From sequence record MW845758.1: a stretch of DNA of 64,000 nt, one strand, 5' to 3'. Positions 18,225 through 27,443 of the stretch are shown piece by piece; positions within the stretch are counted from its first letter, which is position 1, and every line of letters begins with the position of its first letter. The translations under genes and the position numbers were made by a program. The notes beneath the pieces were generated by a model that saw only the letters and a program-made list of their open reading frames with translations, did not search any database and was not told the origin of the DNA.

Positions 18225-18878
18225 ATGGCTAGGGATCTGCGGACGTACAGTAGCTATCGCCAGATGCTGAATCGTTGTCTAAATACAAAAAATCATAACT
18301 ACCATTTATACGGTGGAAGAGGCATTAAAATCTCTCCGCGATGGTTAGAATCGTACACTAACTTTTTAGAGGATATGGGCATACGCCCTGAGGGGACCAC
18401 GCTAGACAGAAAAGATAACGACGGCGATTATTGTTTAGACAATTGTAGGTGGTCGACGCACCTAGAGCAGTGTTACAATCGTAGCACATCGCATTGGTTG
18501 ATTCTTCACTATGACAACGTCAATCAATACATCGATAGTGAATTGATTAATTACACCAATTTACCCGATCTGAGAATTCTGATAGAGGGTTTGATGGATC
18601 GCTATCCTCTCTCTAAGATTGAGGGCGGTGTTAAGTTCATCAGTAATATGCACGGTGTTGCAACCTTCGCTCTGCTTAAGGAATTCTCAGACAAAGATTT
18701 GTCAATAGGTGACAAAGTTAACATGCTAACTCTGCACAGACCACTTAAGGTCGGTAGAGGGAATTTAATCTTGTACGAATGGCTTTGCGACTGTGGTAAT
18801 CTAGTTACTGGGTATTGCAACCATGTGGTGGGTGATGATAGAAAATCTTGCGGTTGTCACCGACGCACCACCGAGTGA
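18225..18878 (+). mobile_element. Free-standing HNH homing endonuclease
   Basis: YRQMLNRC..YGGRGI..TLDRKDNDGDYCLDNCRW HNH core; C-terminal CDCG..SCGC; AT-richer than neighbours; RBS GGAGG. Confidence 0.85.
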
Positions 18879-18898
18879 AACCCGCCTCTGATAATACT

Positions 18899-18931
18899 TC
18901 CCTCACTTTCGGGTGAGGGATATTTTCTTTT
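18899..18931 (+). terminator. Intrinsic terminator
   Basis: TCCCTCAC-TTTCGG-GTGAGGGA then T-rich tail. Confidence 0.75.
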
Positions 18932-18950
18932 ATTCACACCGAGGAATACC

Positions 18951-19262
18951 ATGAAAGTAGAAGTGCACGCCACCACAAAAGGTATTGAAGTGTTGTGCGC
19001 GGCTACCCGCGCGAATACCTTTGTTAAGATTGACGACAACTGGGACGATTGGTACAGAACGATAAAGACCGAACTGGCTATCGCGAAGAATAACCAAGCC
19101 CTTTTCATGCTGCCTGACCGCAGCGCTTTCCGTGTAATGGCTTTGGTGGCACAGGATAGCTGTCCACACGTCAGTACCGGATTACTGTCCAATGCGCTCG
19201 GGATGTTCTTAGTCGAGCACGGGGATGAGAAGACCCAGTTGTCGATTGATTTCGACTGCTGA
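18951..19262 (+). CDS. Hypothetical protein
   Basis: RBS GAGGA. Confidence 0.8.
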   Translation: MKVEVHATTKGIEVLCAATRANTFVKIDDNWDDWYRTIKTELAIAKNNQALFMLPDRSAFRVMALVAQDSCPHVSTGLLSNALGMFLVEHGDEKTQLSIDFDC

Positions 19263-19267
19263 GAACG

Positions 19268-19302
19268 AGGCCACCTTCGGGTGGCCTTTTCTTTTTCTTT
19301 TT
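19268..19302 (+). terminator. Intrinsic terminator
   Basis: GGCCACC-TTCG-GGTGGCC followed by a long T tract. Confidence 0.85.
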
Positions 19303-19355
19303 ACGGCAGAGCGAGGTGTTATGTCGAAAACCCAAATTCTAATACGGACTTTATA

Positions 19356-19769
19356 ATGAACAAGATTGAATACATCGAAGGTCAAGGACTTTTCATCAAC
19401 GATCAACTGATCCCAAATTCCGATGACTACCAAAAATGGCGTGATGTGCACCGCACGTACCACGACGGTTTTAATTTGGTTATCACTAACGAACTGGTGC
19501 TGGGTGCCAACCTCGATAAACTTCATCGCGGTCATTGTTTCCGTATCAGTTCCGAGTGCGCCGGTGGGATTCTCAAAGCTGCTGATTTCACCAGTGGCAT
19601 GTATGCGTTTCGCCAGTTAGGTATCCTTCGCGAGTTGTCAGGCAAACACGTAGGTCAGGGTCATCCGCCAACGGTGCTCAAACCTGATAGCATCGTCATG
19701 GTGAGCTACTTCAGTGAAGATGGCGACCCATTGGCCTTTAACATCTTCTGGGGGTTCTTCAATGACTAG
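19356..19769 (+). CDS. Hypothetical protein (MNKIEYIEG)
   Basis: Track start 19281 lies inside a terminator; ATG 19356 preferred. Confidence 0.7.
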   Translation: MNKIEYIEGQGLFINDQLIPNSDDYQKWRDVHRTYHDGFNLVITNELVLGANLDKLHRGHCFRISSECAGGILKAADFTSGMYAFRQLGILRELSGKHVGQGHPPTVLKPDSIVMVSYFSEDGDPLAFNIFWGFFND

Positions 19770-20337
19770 TCTTAACCCATTAGCGGTTGTCGAACAGGTC
19801 GAGCGTTGGAACGTTGCTGCGCTCGTGTATCAGAACGGCAATATCCGTCAACAAATCACCAAATACTACCGCATGTTAGGTACGGTTGCAGAAGGTGTGC
19901 AGAAGATGGACAGCTTGTTGGTCTCAGCGGGCGTAGGACAGGCTGTAACGACGTTAATCGGCGTACTCGGGTTCTACTCCCGTATTCGCAACGTCTCCGC
20001 AGAACACGTCTCAGAGCTTATACTGAAGAGTGCTCTGAATAACATCCCGCCGGGTTTGAAGTACGGCAACGACTACAACACCATGTTGTTCGAACATCAC
20101 AAGGTAATGACTGAGATGTTTGACGTGCTCTTGGAGAACCAAGAAGCTAAGCGTCAGAACGACATCGTGTTCTACACTAAACTCGCGGAAGCGTTAGCAC
20201 TGCTGCTCAGTATCGCCACATCCAAAGATATCGTGGTGACCCGCAGTATTCTCAACGCCGTCAATAAACTTGAAGTAACCCAAGGCGTCATGAACGAACT
20301 GGGGTTATTCGTCAAAACTGTCACGGGAAATAAATAA
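19762..20337 (+). CDS. Hypothetical helical protein
   Basis: Overlaps upstream stop; TAATG-coupled to thyA. Confidence 0.8.
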   Translation: MTSLNPLAVVEQVERWNVAALVYQNGNIRQQITKYYRMLGTVAEGVQKMDSLLVSAGVGQAVTTLIGVLGFYSRIRNVSAEHVSELILKSALNNIPPGLKYGNDYNTMLFEHHKVMTEMFDVLLENQEAKRQNDIVFYTKLAEALALLLSIATSKDIVVTRSILNAVNKLEVTQGVMNELGLFVKTVTGNK

Positions 20338-21344
20338 TGCGTCAATATCTGAATCTGTTGGAAACTGTACTGGCCTACGGTCGTGAAAAGAAAGACCGTA
20401 CCGGTACTGGCACGGTTTCAATGTTCGGTGGTCAGATGCGCTTTGACCTGACCGAAGGTTTCCCACTGGTGACCACGAAGAAGGTTCACCTGCGTTCGAT
20501 TATCCATGAGCTGTTGTGGTTCCTCAAAGGGGACACCAACATCCAGTACCTAAAAGACAACAACGTCACTATCTGGGACGAATGGGCAGATAAGGACGGC
20601 GATCTCGGACCAGTGTATGGTAAGCAGTGGCGGAGCTGGACGGCTCACACGGACATGCCGGTCTTTAACCGCAAGGCGTGCGATGAGTTAGAAGCAGAAG
20701 GCTGGGAAGAAGCCGGCGCGCGTGATTCGAATATCCTGTACACCAAAACGATTGACCAGATTTCCAAAGTCATCGACCAGTTGAAGAACGACCCGGATAA
20801 CCGTCGTATCATTGTCAGTGCGTGGAACGTCAGTGAGTTGGATGAGATGGCCTTAGCACCATGCCATGCGTTCTTCCAGTTCTACACGCGTGAGCTGACG
20901 CTGCACGAGCGTGCGCTTGCCGCGGACATCAACGAAACCGAAGCGTATTTCCTGAACCTCAACGAGAAGCATCGGGAACAATACCATGAAGAGCTCGATC
21001 ATTTAGATACACCTCGTCGTAGTCTGAGCTGTCAGTTGTATCAGCGCAGCGCAGATTGCTTCCTCGGTGTTCCGTTCAATATCGCCTCGTATGCCCTGTT
21101 AACTGAAATGGTGGCACAACAGGTGAACATGGTGGCGGAAGAGTTCATCTGGACTGGCGGTGATGTTCACATTTACTCCAACCACATGGAGCAGGTGAAC
21201 GAACAGCTGACGCGTGACCCACATCCGCTTCCGAAACTGAAAATCAAACGCAAACCTGATTCTATCTTCGACTACCAGTTCGAAGACTTTGAAGTTGAAG
21301 GTTACGTTTCCCATCCTGCGATCAAAGCGCCGGTTGCTATCTAG
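20337..21344 (+). CDS. thyA: Thymidylate synthase
   Basis: [57 protein letters not shown]. Confidence 0.98.
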   Translation: MRQYLNLLETVLAYGREKKDRTGTGTVSMFGGQMRFDLTEGFPLVTTKKVHLRSIIHELLWFLKGDTNIQYLKDNNVTIWDEWADKDGDLGPVYGKQWRSWTAHTDMPVFNRKACDELEAEGWEEAGARDSNILYTKTIDQISKVIDQLKNDPDNRRIIVSAWNVSELDEMALAPCHAFFQFYTRELTLHERALAADINETEAYFLNLNEKHREQYHEELDHLDTPRRSLSCQLYQRSADCFLGVPFNIASYALLTEMVAQQVNMVAEEFIWTGGDVHIYSNHMEQVNEQLTRDPHPLPKLKIKRKPDSIFDYQFEDFEVEGYVSHPAIKAPVAI

Positions 21345-21352
21345 GAGTTGCC

Positions 21353-21748
21353 ATGGGCACATCCGTTTACTTACATTCATACCCCAAGACCTCAGTTAGT
21401 GCTAAAGTCCAAAAGGCGTGGGACAACAACAAACCCATCAGTCACCTCGACTACGTGTACGAAGAGGTTGAGGGGCGTGCAGATAAACTCGAGTGGTCTG
21501 CGAAGTACGGCTTCTGTTTAGAAGCGGTGAACTTACTGACGCCGAAAGATGCCAATGGTGCTCACGACGGTGACCAAGAGTTCTCGATAACCAAAGAGCA
21601 ACTCATCGCGTTTAAAGCAAACATTGAACAGCTTGACGTGGGTGGTACTCTGGACGAACGTTGGACGAAACTATCGCTGGCTAATTTACAGACGCTTATC
21701 GATACTTTTGATTTCGATGCCAAGTATCTCACTTTATTCACGGACTAA
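21353..21748 (+). CDS. Hypothetical phage protein
   Basis: RBS AGGAG. Confidence 0.8.
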   Translation: MGTSVYLHSYPKTSVSAKVQKAWDNNKPISHLDYVYEEVEGRADKLEWSAKYGFCLEAVNLLTPKDANGAHDGDQEFSITKEQLIAFKANIEQLDVGGTLDERWTKLSLANLQTLIDTFDFDAKYLTLFTD

Positions 21749-21753
21749 AATCT

Positions 21754-22227
21754 ATGGCTGATAACGTTGTTCGTCTCCCGGTCGGGAAACCGAAAGGGAT
21801 GCCTGAACTGCCTGACATTCCGGTGATGTCATTTACCGGTAAGGATGGGTCGGTGCAGGATGTGGAGTTAACCCACTCGGAATACGTGTGGTATCTCCTC
21901 GTGTTCTCTAAACTCGCCGAGTACCGTAATGCGATTCGTTGGTTCGTGGTCAGTAATCCAGAAGCGTTGAAACTCAATGTTCGACGTTCAATGGAAATGC
22001 GTATTCCGCGTGCCCACTTCGAAGCGTTCACGGCGTCGTTTGATTTCACGTACGTCTCTTCTCTTGCCAGCGCGATGACCGAAGCTGATTTCAATCGTAT
22101 CTTTACGATGGAGCACTGCACGATTATCGATGAGGTGCAATTAGAGAAAACGTTGTTGCCTTATGCTATCTACCTGCTGCCTACAGCGGACACGTCAGAG
22201 TTTGAACTGGTGTTCGCTGAACTCTGA
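21754..22227 (+). CDS. Hypothetical protein
   Basis: ORF in operon. Confidence 0.8.
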   Translation: MADNVVRLPVGKPKGMPELPDIPVMSFTGKDGSVQDVELTHSEYVWYLLVFSKLAEYRNAIRWFVVSNPEALKLNVRRSMEMRIPRAHFEAFTASFDFTYVSSLASAMTEADFNRIFTMEHCTIIDEVQLEKTLLPYAIYLLPTADTSEFELVFAEL

Positions 22228-22257
22228 TTATGCACAGCGCATAAACGGAGAACAGTC

Positions 22258-22584
22258 GTGGGAAAAGAACTGAAGGTAGCCCAACCAATTGACGTGGGTG
22301 ATGTAACGGTCTCGCCTTTTGCGAGTGTAGGTATCGGCGATGCCCCTGTCGGGAAAACGGGTTTACAGCTCGACTACGACGGGGGTGCTATTGATCCCTA
22401 TGCAGAAGTTTCAGAAGTGGCGAAGTTAAAGGATGGGGCTATCAACCTCTCAACACACGTTGAGGTGGGGGCACACGTTCACGTATCTGATACCGTGGAA
22501 ATCTCTGCTGCTGTTACACAAGACGACCCGCAACACGGCGATACCGTACGCGGTGTTTCTGTCGGTGTGAAGTGGACGTTCTAA
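22258..22584 (+). CDS. Small beta-strand-rich protein with OMP-type C-terminal beta-signal (GVKWTF), no signal peptide
   Basis: RBS GGAG before GTG; alternating hydrophobic strands; terminal Phe. Confidence 0.7.
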   Translation: MGKELKVAQPIDVGDVTVSPFASVGIGDAPVGKTGLQLDYDGGAIDPYAEVSEVAKLKDGAINLSTHVEVGAHVHVSDTVEISAAVTQDDPQHGDTVRGVSVGVKWTF

Positions 22585-22644
22585 CTATTTACGTAATCGG
22601 TTTGTTTTATGTTAAAGCAAACCCCTGAATAAAAGGAAGCAAAG

Positions 22645-22836
22645 ATGTCTCAGAAAGAAAGCTCACTGCAAAGCACCATCGACCAGCACGACCAGATGGT
22701 TGCCGACAACGCGGCAGACAGTTTTGACTTGCCGGGTCTGGATGAAGCAGAAGCACGTGTAGCTGAAAAGCGTGTGTCAGAAGAAAGTCAGGCCGACCTG
22801 TCTGATGAAGCTGACTGCGAAGGCTGCAAGATCTAA
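22645..22836 (+). CDS. Small acidic protein ending in an NrdA-tail-like CEGCKI
   Basis: RBS AAGGA; 63 aa, highly acidic; followed by a terminator. Confidence 0.75.
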   Translation: MSQKESSLQSTIDQHDQMVADNAADSFDLPGLDEAEARVAEKRVSEESQADLSDEADCEGCKI

Positions 22837-22843
22837 GCAGTGT

Positions 22844-22878
22844 CTGTCCCGCTGTGTGCGGGACAGTTTTTCTTTTAC
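22844..22878 (+). terminator. Intrinsic terminator
   Basis: CTGTCCCGC-TGTGT-GCGGGACAG then T tract. Confidence 0.8.
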
Positions 22879-22906
22879 TCTTAATTATCGTAAGGATTGA
22901 TTTAAA

Positions 22907-24241
22907 ATGGGCGAACAATTTATTCTGCAAGTGCCGTACGTAGCGCTGATGAACCCTGACCAGTACCTGCTGGAAGTAAACGACCAGCTGCGTGACCTGG
23001 CCGAGAAAGGTAAAGCGAACATTTTGTTCCGTGCTATCTCTTCTCTCGACCGTAACATCGAAACCGGCAAATGGTATATCGAAGGTTTGCTGAGTGCAGT
23101 GGCGGGTGAAGCCGAAGACATTGATATCTACGATTGTGAACTCGATTTACCACAGTTGGATATCCTGCTGGCCGGTCCGCTGAACGATGATAAGAAAAAC
23201 ATCGTTGAGCATCCACGCTATGTTAAACTGCTGCAAATCCCTGAATTGATTACGAATATCAAAGGCTGGTCTACCGCCCGTGGTATTCTGGAAAACGGCC
23301 TGTGGTATTCACAAGCGACCAAAATGTACGAAGAAGACGGTGAAGTTGCGCCGGGTGTGGCCAAGAACAAACGCAATCTGATTATCGATGGTGTCGGTGA
23401 TATGATCGTGGTGATGGTCAACCTGCTGGAGCTGTCTAGCTTTAATGCAGTAGCCATCACTGAAATGGTTGCCCGCATGGGCAAAGAAAGCACCCCGGCG
23501 GGGAACGCGCATTATCTGTACCACAAACTACGCATGTCCAATACGCTAGCGGTGGACTACCTGTGGGAAGTGGCGGGTATTGACTCCCCGAAACAAATCA
23601 CTCGCGAAATGTTTGATGAGGATCAAATCAAGTGCGTGGTTGGTCACTTAACCGAGTGCATCTATTACGCTATTGCTTTAGCTAATGCGTACGAATTCAC
23701 GTTGGAACAGGCGCTGTCTCTGGCGTGGGATGAAATCAAAGACCGCACCGGTTTCCTGAACGCTGACGGTGTGTTTGTGAAGGAGTCTGATATGACTGAA
23801 AACGATCGTATCCAACGCGCCCTGAAAGAAACCGAAAAAGCCGGTGACTTTGATGGCGACACCGGTCCGACTATCAAAGTTGAACTGTCAGTAGCTGAAC
23901 AGCTGAAAGACTACGACGGTGATGTCCAGTCTGGTGGTGTCCCTACGAAAACAGTAGAAGTTTCTTACTTCCCGGTTGACTTGGCTATCGATCAGGTCAA
24001 CTTCGCTATCGATGCCTGTGCACAACACGCTAACGTGCAGCCGGGTGAAGTGACGCTGGTACGCGCTGGCCTGTATTACGGCGGGGCAACGCAGCACACC
24101 AAGCCACACGTCCTGTTCGAATTCTTAGCGCGTGGCGCTGAGAGCAGCGTGGTGTATTCTGGTTACGGTGATGAATACTTCAAACTCACCGAAGATGCGG
24201 CGAGCTATCAGGTATTGGAACGTCAGGTCGCTACGCACTAA
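22907..24241 (+). CDS. MazG-like all-alpha NTP pyrophosphohydrolase with extra N- and C-terminal domains
   Basis: QATKMYEEDGE, IIDGVGDMIVVMVNL, AWDEIKDRTGFLNADGVFVKESD. Confidence 0.75.
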   Translation: MGEQFILQVPYVALMNPDQYLLEVNDQLRDLAEKGKANILFRAISSLDRNIETGKWYIEGLLSAVAGEAEDIDIYDCELDLPQLDILLAGPLNDDKKNIVEHPRYVKLLQIPELITNIKGWSTARGILENGLWYSQATKMYEEDGEVAPGVAKNKRNLIIDGVGDMIVVMVNLLELSSFNAVAITEMVARMGKESTPAGNAHYLYHKLRMSNTLAVDYLWEVAGIDSPKQITREMFDEDQIKCVVGHLTECIYYAIALANAYEFTLEQALSLAWDEIKDRTGFLNADGVFVKESDMTENDRIQRALKETEKAGDFDGDTGPTIKVELSVAEQLKDYDGDVQSGGVPTKTVEVSYFPVDLAIDQVNFAIDACAQHANVQPGEVTLVRAGLYYGGATQHTKPHVLFEFLARGAESSVVYSGYGDEYFKLTEDAASYQVLERQVATH

Positions 24242-24249
24242 GGGGTGCT

Positions 24250-24747
24250 ATGAACCGTATCAAAGTGATTGATGTCATTCCTGATGAGAATGATATCGAA
24301 ATCAATGGTAAGGTGATTGGCTCTGTGAATGACCGCCACGCGATGTTGTGGCGGTACTTCTCGAATGCTGAGCACATCTTTATCATTGAAGATGTGAGTT
24401 TATCGTTTGATGAGACGCCGACCGAGCAGATTACCATTCCGCTTGAAGAGTCCATGTTACGTAAACTCATTGCGTGTGCGGATTACCGTAACGAAGACAA
24501 CGACCCGAATGCGTTGTGGGATGAAGTTGACCCTTCGTTACCAAAAGAGATTGGTCTGCGTGCAGTGGAAACTGTCCGACTGGATTCAATGTGGTTGGAT
24601 TGCAATACCAAAATCCCTGTATGTACACCTATTCTGATTATCCATCTGGATCGCGATGAAGTGGATATGCCGGTTATTTGTATCAGCTATCTTATTCTAC
24701 GCCATCCTACCGAGCGTGACGTAGGAGATAACATTGACCGAACTTAA
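24250..24747 (+). CDS. Hypothetical protein
   Basis: RBS GGGGTG. Confidence 0.8.
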   Translation: MNRIKVIDVIPDENDIEINGKVIGSVNDRHAMLWRYFSNAEHIFIIEDVSLSFDETPTEQITIPLEESMLRKLIACADYRNEDNDPNALWDEVDPSLPKEIGLRAVETVRLDSMWLDCNTKIPVCTPILIIHLDRDEVDMPVICISYLILRHPTERDVGDNIDRT

Positions 24748-25144
24748 TCGCATCCATCGGGTAAACACGAACAAAGTCCACATCAACGATAAGGCAGCAC
24801 CGGATAACCTCGGTATCGCTGACTGGGTGTGGGACTTGTTCGTGCCTAAGGCACAGAGCGGTTTTGAAATTGTGTTCGTTGACCAACCGCACGACGTTGG
24901 GCCTTGGGCACGTATCGGCAATCCCCGGTTCTTTACTACCGATGCCAAAACGGCAGGCTTCCTGTTACGGGAATGCAAGTTCCGTGGGCACTGCACCGTC
25001 GGTGCAAACGCACTGAAGGTTTCTGAAGAGCTCGGGATGGAAATCCCGTATCTGACCAAACCCGTAGGTGAAGCCGACCACAACGCGCTGATTGTGTGGT
25101 ACAACAACGGCAGTTGGACGCTTGTGATGTGTGACGAGCCGTGA
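24734..25144 (+). CDS. Hypothetical protein (TTG start)
   Basis: RBS AGGAG 6 nt before TTG. Confidence 0.7.
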   Translation: MTELNRIHRVNTNKVHINDKAAPDNLGIADWVWDLFVPKAQSGFEIVFVDQPHDVGPWARIGNPRFFTTDAKTAGFLLRECKFRGHCTVGANALKVSEELGMEIPYLTKPVGEADHNALIVWYNNGSWTLVMCDEP

Positions 25145-25150
25145 ATAAAT

Positions 25151-25195
25151 AAAAGTAACCCACTCCCGTAAAGGAGTGGGTACTTCTTTTTTTTT
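25151..25195. terminator. Bidirectional terminator, repeat copy 2
   Basis: AAGTAACCCACTCC-CGTAAA-GGAGTGGGTACTT with A and T tracts, between convergent genes. Confidence 0.85.
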
Positions 25196-25196
25196 G

Positions 25197-27395
25197 CTAT
25201 CGGGCAGGGGTGGAGAAGATGTTCGCCAATACACGCACAGGCGGTAAGTCAAACACCGAGTTCACCACAGAGCCTACGGAGAACGCAGACTTCCACGACT
25301 GTTTCCAGTTCAGGGCATTCATAATCGTACGGTCGATACCGTTGGTACGCTGATGGAGCGTCGCCCCACCTAATACCGCCATGAATTCCGTAAACTTGTT
25401 ATCGTCATCCCACACTGACTGATCCGTTACAATCGGCATGTACATCACACGACTCAGGTCACGAATGGTCACGGAGATGTCACACGACAACGGACACCCA
25501 TCAACACGCCAACCCATACCACCGGCACCGAAGTTCATTGACACCGATGTCACAATCCCGTTACGGATAGAGTGACGCCCACGCGAATACGCTTCCACGT
25601 AGAACGGGTGTGTGAACGACTGCTTACCGGTTGCAATAGGACACGCTGCTGCAATCCAAAACGAAAGTGGCACGATTAAGTCTTGGAACACATCCAAGTC
25701 ATTACCTGACCAACAACGCAATGGAATGTTGAGCGTGACGTCATCCCCATCGGTTGACGAACTGTCCCACACTTCTGGGAAATCAATCACCGAAGAGTTA
25801 TACAGCGACATAATCCCCGAGAGATGCAGGAAGTCTAACGCGCCGGTGAAGGCCGATTTCAATCCGGTGATTAAACCGTCCACGGCATCAAAGCCAGTCT
25901 TACCGCCGGAGAGGTTAACTTCCAGACTACGGGCTTTTTGGGTGGCGGAGTTAACCGTGCCGGAAATCTCTGGCTCTTTGGTGGAGTTCGAGAAGTTACG
26001 GCTGATGGTATCACGTCCGTCAATTTTCCATGACACCCACTGCGAACCGTTTTTGAATTCCGCTTCGGCTTGAGACTCAACCGACTGCGCTAACTTGCCA
26101 ACCTCACCCGCAGCGTCTTTTGCAAAGTCCCCGAACATATCGCCCAAGGTTTGCTTCTGACCGCCATCCATCCAGTTCTGAATCTGTTCCTGATTCGGCT
26201 GGTCGCTCTCTGCACCTTCGGCTTGGTTCGCCATCTGGTTCTGGAGTGCCTGTCGGGCTGTGTCGGTTTGGTTGTCGTAGTCCTTAACGGTTCCGCCTGC
26301 CTCCGATGCTCCGTCGTAGATACCACCCACGTTTTGCAAAATAGCATCTTCTTGGTTGTCCACGTTGGTGAAGCCTGCGTAGTAACCAGAGGATTTCGCA
26401 AAGGCAGCTTCCATTGCAGACAATGAGATTTCCATTGACGCCATGGCTTTGCTGTTCGGGTCGATAGAATTCGAGAACAGGGCTTCTTTGTAAAACGCCT
26501 GCACACGTGAAGCTTGGTCTTCCGGTGACGTTGACTCACGGGCGATTTTATCCAGCGTCTTCGCCTGATAATTCGCGAGTATCTGGTAACGGTTGATCAT
26601 CTTGTAGATGTCAAACTCACCGTTGGCTTTCCAGATATCCGGTAGTGCGGTGTACAAATCTGCTTTGGACTTGTAGTATTTACTCGCCGGGTCATCCACA
26701 TCGCCTGACCCTTTCCCGCCAAAGAACCCAAGCAAGTTCGTTGGAACGAGCTTACGGTAAATCAGCTGGGTGTTAACGATGTTCTGTACCGCACGCAGGT
26801 AAAGGTGCATTGTCGGTTTCACGTAGTAGTAACGCGAAGCCTGTTTGTTCAACGCCGCTTTTAACAGTCGTGGGATAATCAGAATAGCACCGAAGGCTAC
26901 CGTACCCAAGGTCGCCCAGATTGCCGCAGCGGTCACCCACGTTCCCAGTGTACGAATCATGCCCGGGTAATCACCCGTACGGGCGAGGTACGCCAGATTC
27001 GAATCGTACATGTTTGCGAAGAAGGCGGCTACACCGAGGTACTTCGGTTTCCCGAAACGACAGTGGATATAGAAACTGTTTTGCTCAATCGCTTCAGAGT
27101 AGAACGCTCCGTTACGATACGATCCTTGTGATTCTTGGCTATCATGCCACTTACGAAATGTAGACCGGGTCTCATCGTAGGGCTGCGCGAACACTCCACC
27201 GACGGGCGGATCGGCAAACAGGGTAAACCCCGGCGGGGTGTTAATCGCTTGTCCGCCACCGACGGTAGTATCGGCGAAAGACATACGTGCGTCGCTGTAC
27301 ACGCGAAGGTTCGTAAAGCGTGTATCGCGTTGGGTTATCGCACCACCGAACAGGGCAGTGACCCAACCGGTGTCGCTGATGGTTCTCGCATCCAC
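25197..27395 (-). CDS. Tail/baseplate-associated virion protein (phiKZ gp182 position)
   Basis: 732 aa immediately downstream of the tape-measure gene; synteny inference. Confidence 0.7.
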   Translation of the reverse strand: MDARTISDTGWVTALFGGAITQRDTRFTNLRVYSDARMSFADTTVGGGQAINTPPGFTLFADPPVGGVFAQPYDETRSTFRKWHDSQESQGSYRNGAFYSEAIEQNSFYIHCRFGKPKYLGVAAFFANMYDSNLAYLARTGDYPGMIRTLGTWVTAAAIWATLGTVAFGAILIIPRLLKAALNKQASRYYYVKPTMHLYLRAVQNIVNTQLIYRKLVPTNLLGFFGGKGSGDVDDPASKYYKSKADLYTALPDIWKANGEFDIYKMINRYQILANYQAKTLDKIARESTSPEDQASRVQAFYKEALFSNSIDPNSKAMASMEISLSAMEAAFAKSSGYYAGFTNVDNQEDAILQNVGGIYDGASEAGGTVKDYDNQTDTARQALQNQMANQAEGAESDQPNQEQIQNWMDGGQKQTLGDMFGDFAKDAAGEVGKLAQSVESQAEAEFKNGSQWVSWKIDGRDTISRNFSNSTKEPEISGTVNSATQKARSLEVNLSGGKTGFDAVDGLITGLKSAFTGALDFLHLSGIMSLYNSSVIDFPEVWDSSSTDGDDVTLNIPLRCWSGNDLDVFQDLIVPLSFWIAAACPIATGKQSFTHPFYVEAYSRGRHSIRNGIVTSVSMNFGAGGMGWRVDGCPLSCDISVTIRDLSRVMYMPIVTDQSVWDDDNKFTEFMAVLGGATLHQRTNGIDRTIMNALNWKQSWKSAFSVGSVVNSVFDLPPVRVLANIFSTPAR

Positions 27396-27443
27396 AGTGG
27401 ACCTCTCTAAAAAGAATGGGGGCAGTTTCCCGCCCCCGTATCA

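Noticed and set aside
19281-19355. N-terminal MAFSFSFY extension of the 19281 ORF
   Set aside because: It translates a terminator stem and T tract; the real start is probably 19356
20337-21344. Intron or intein in thyA (as in T4 td)
   Set aside because: The frame is continuous. The two extra segments (TAHTDMP..., RELTLHE...) are short loop insertions with no intein or splice signatures
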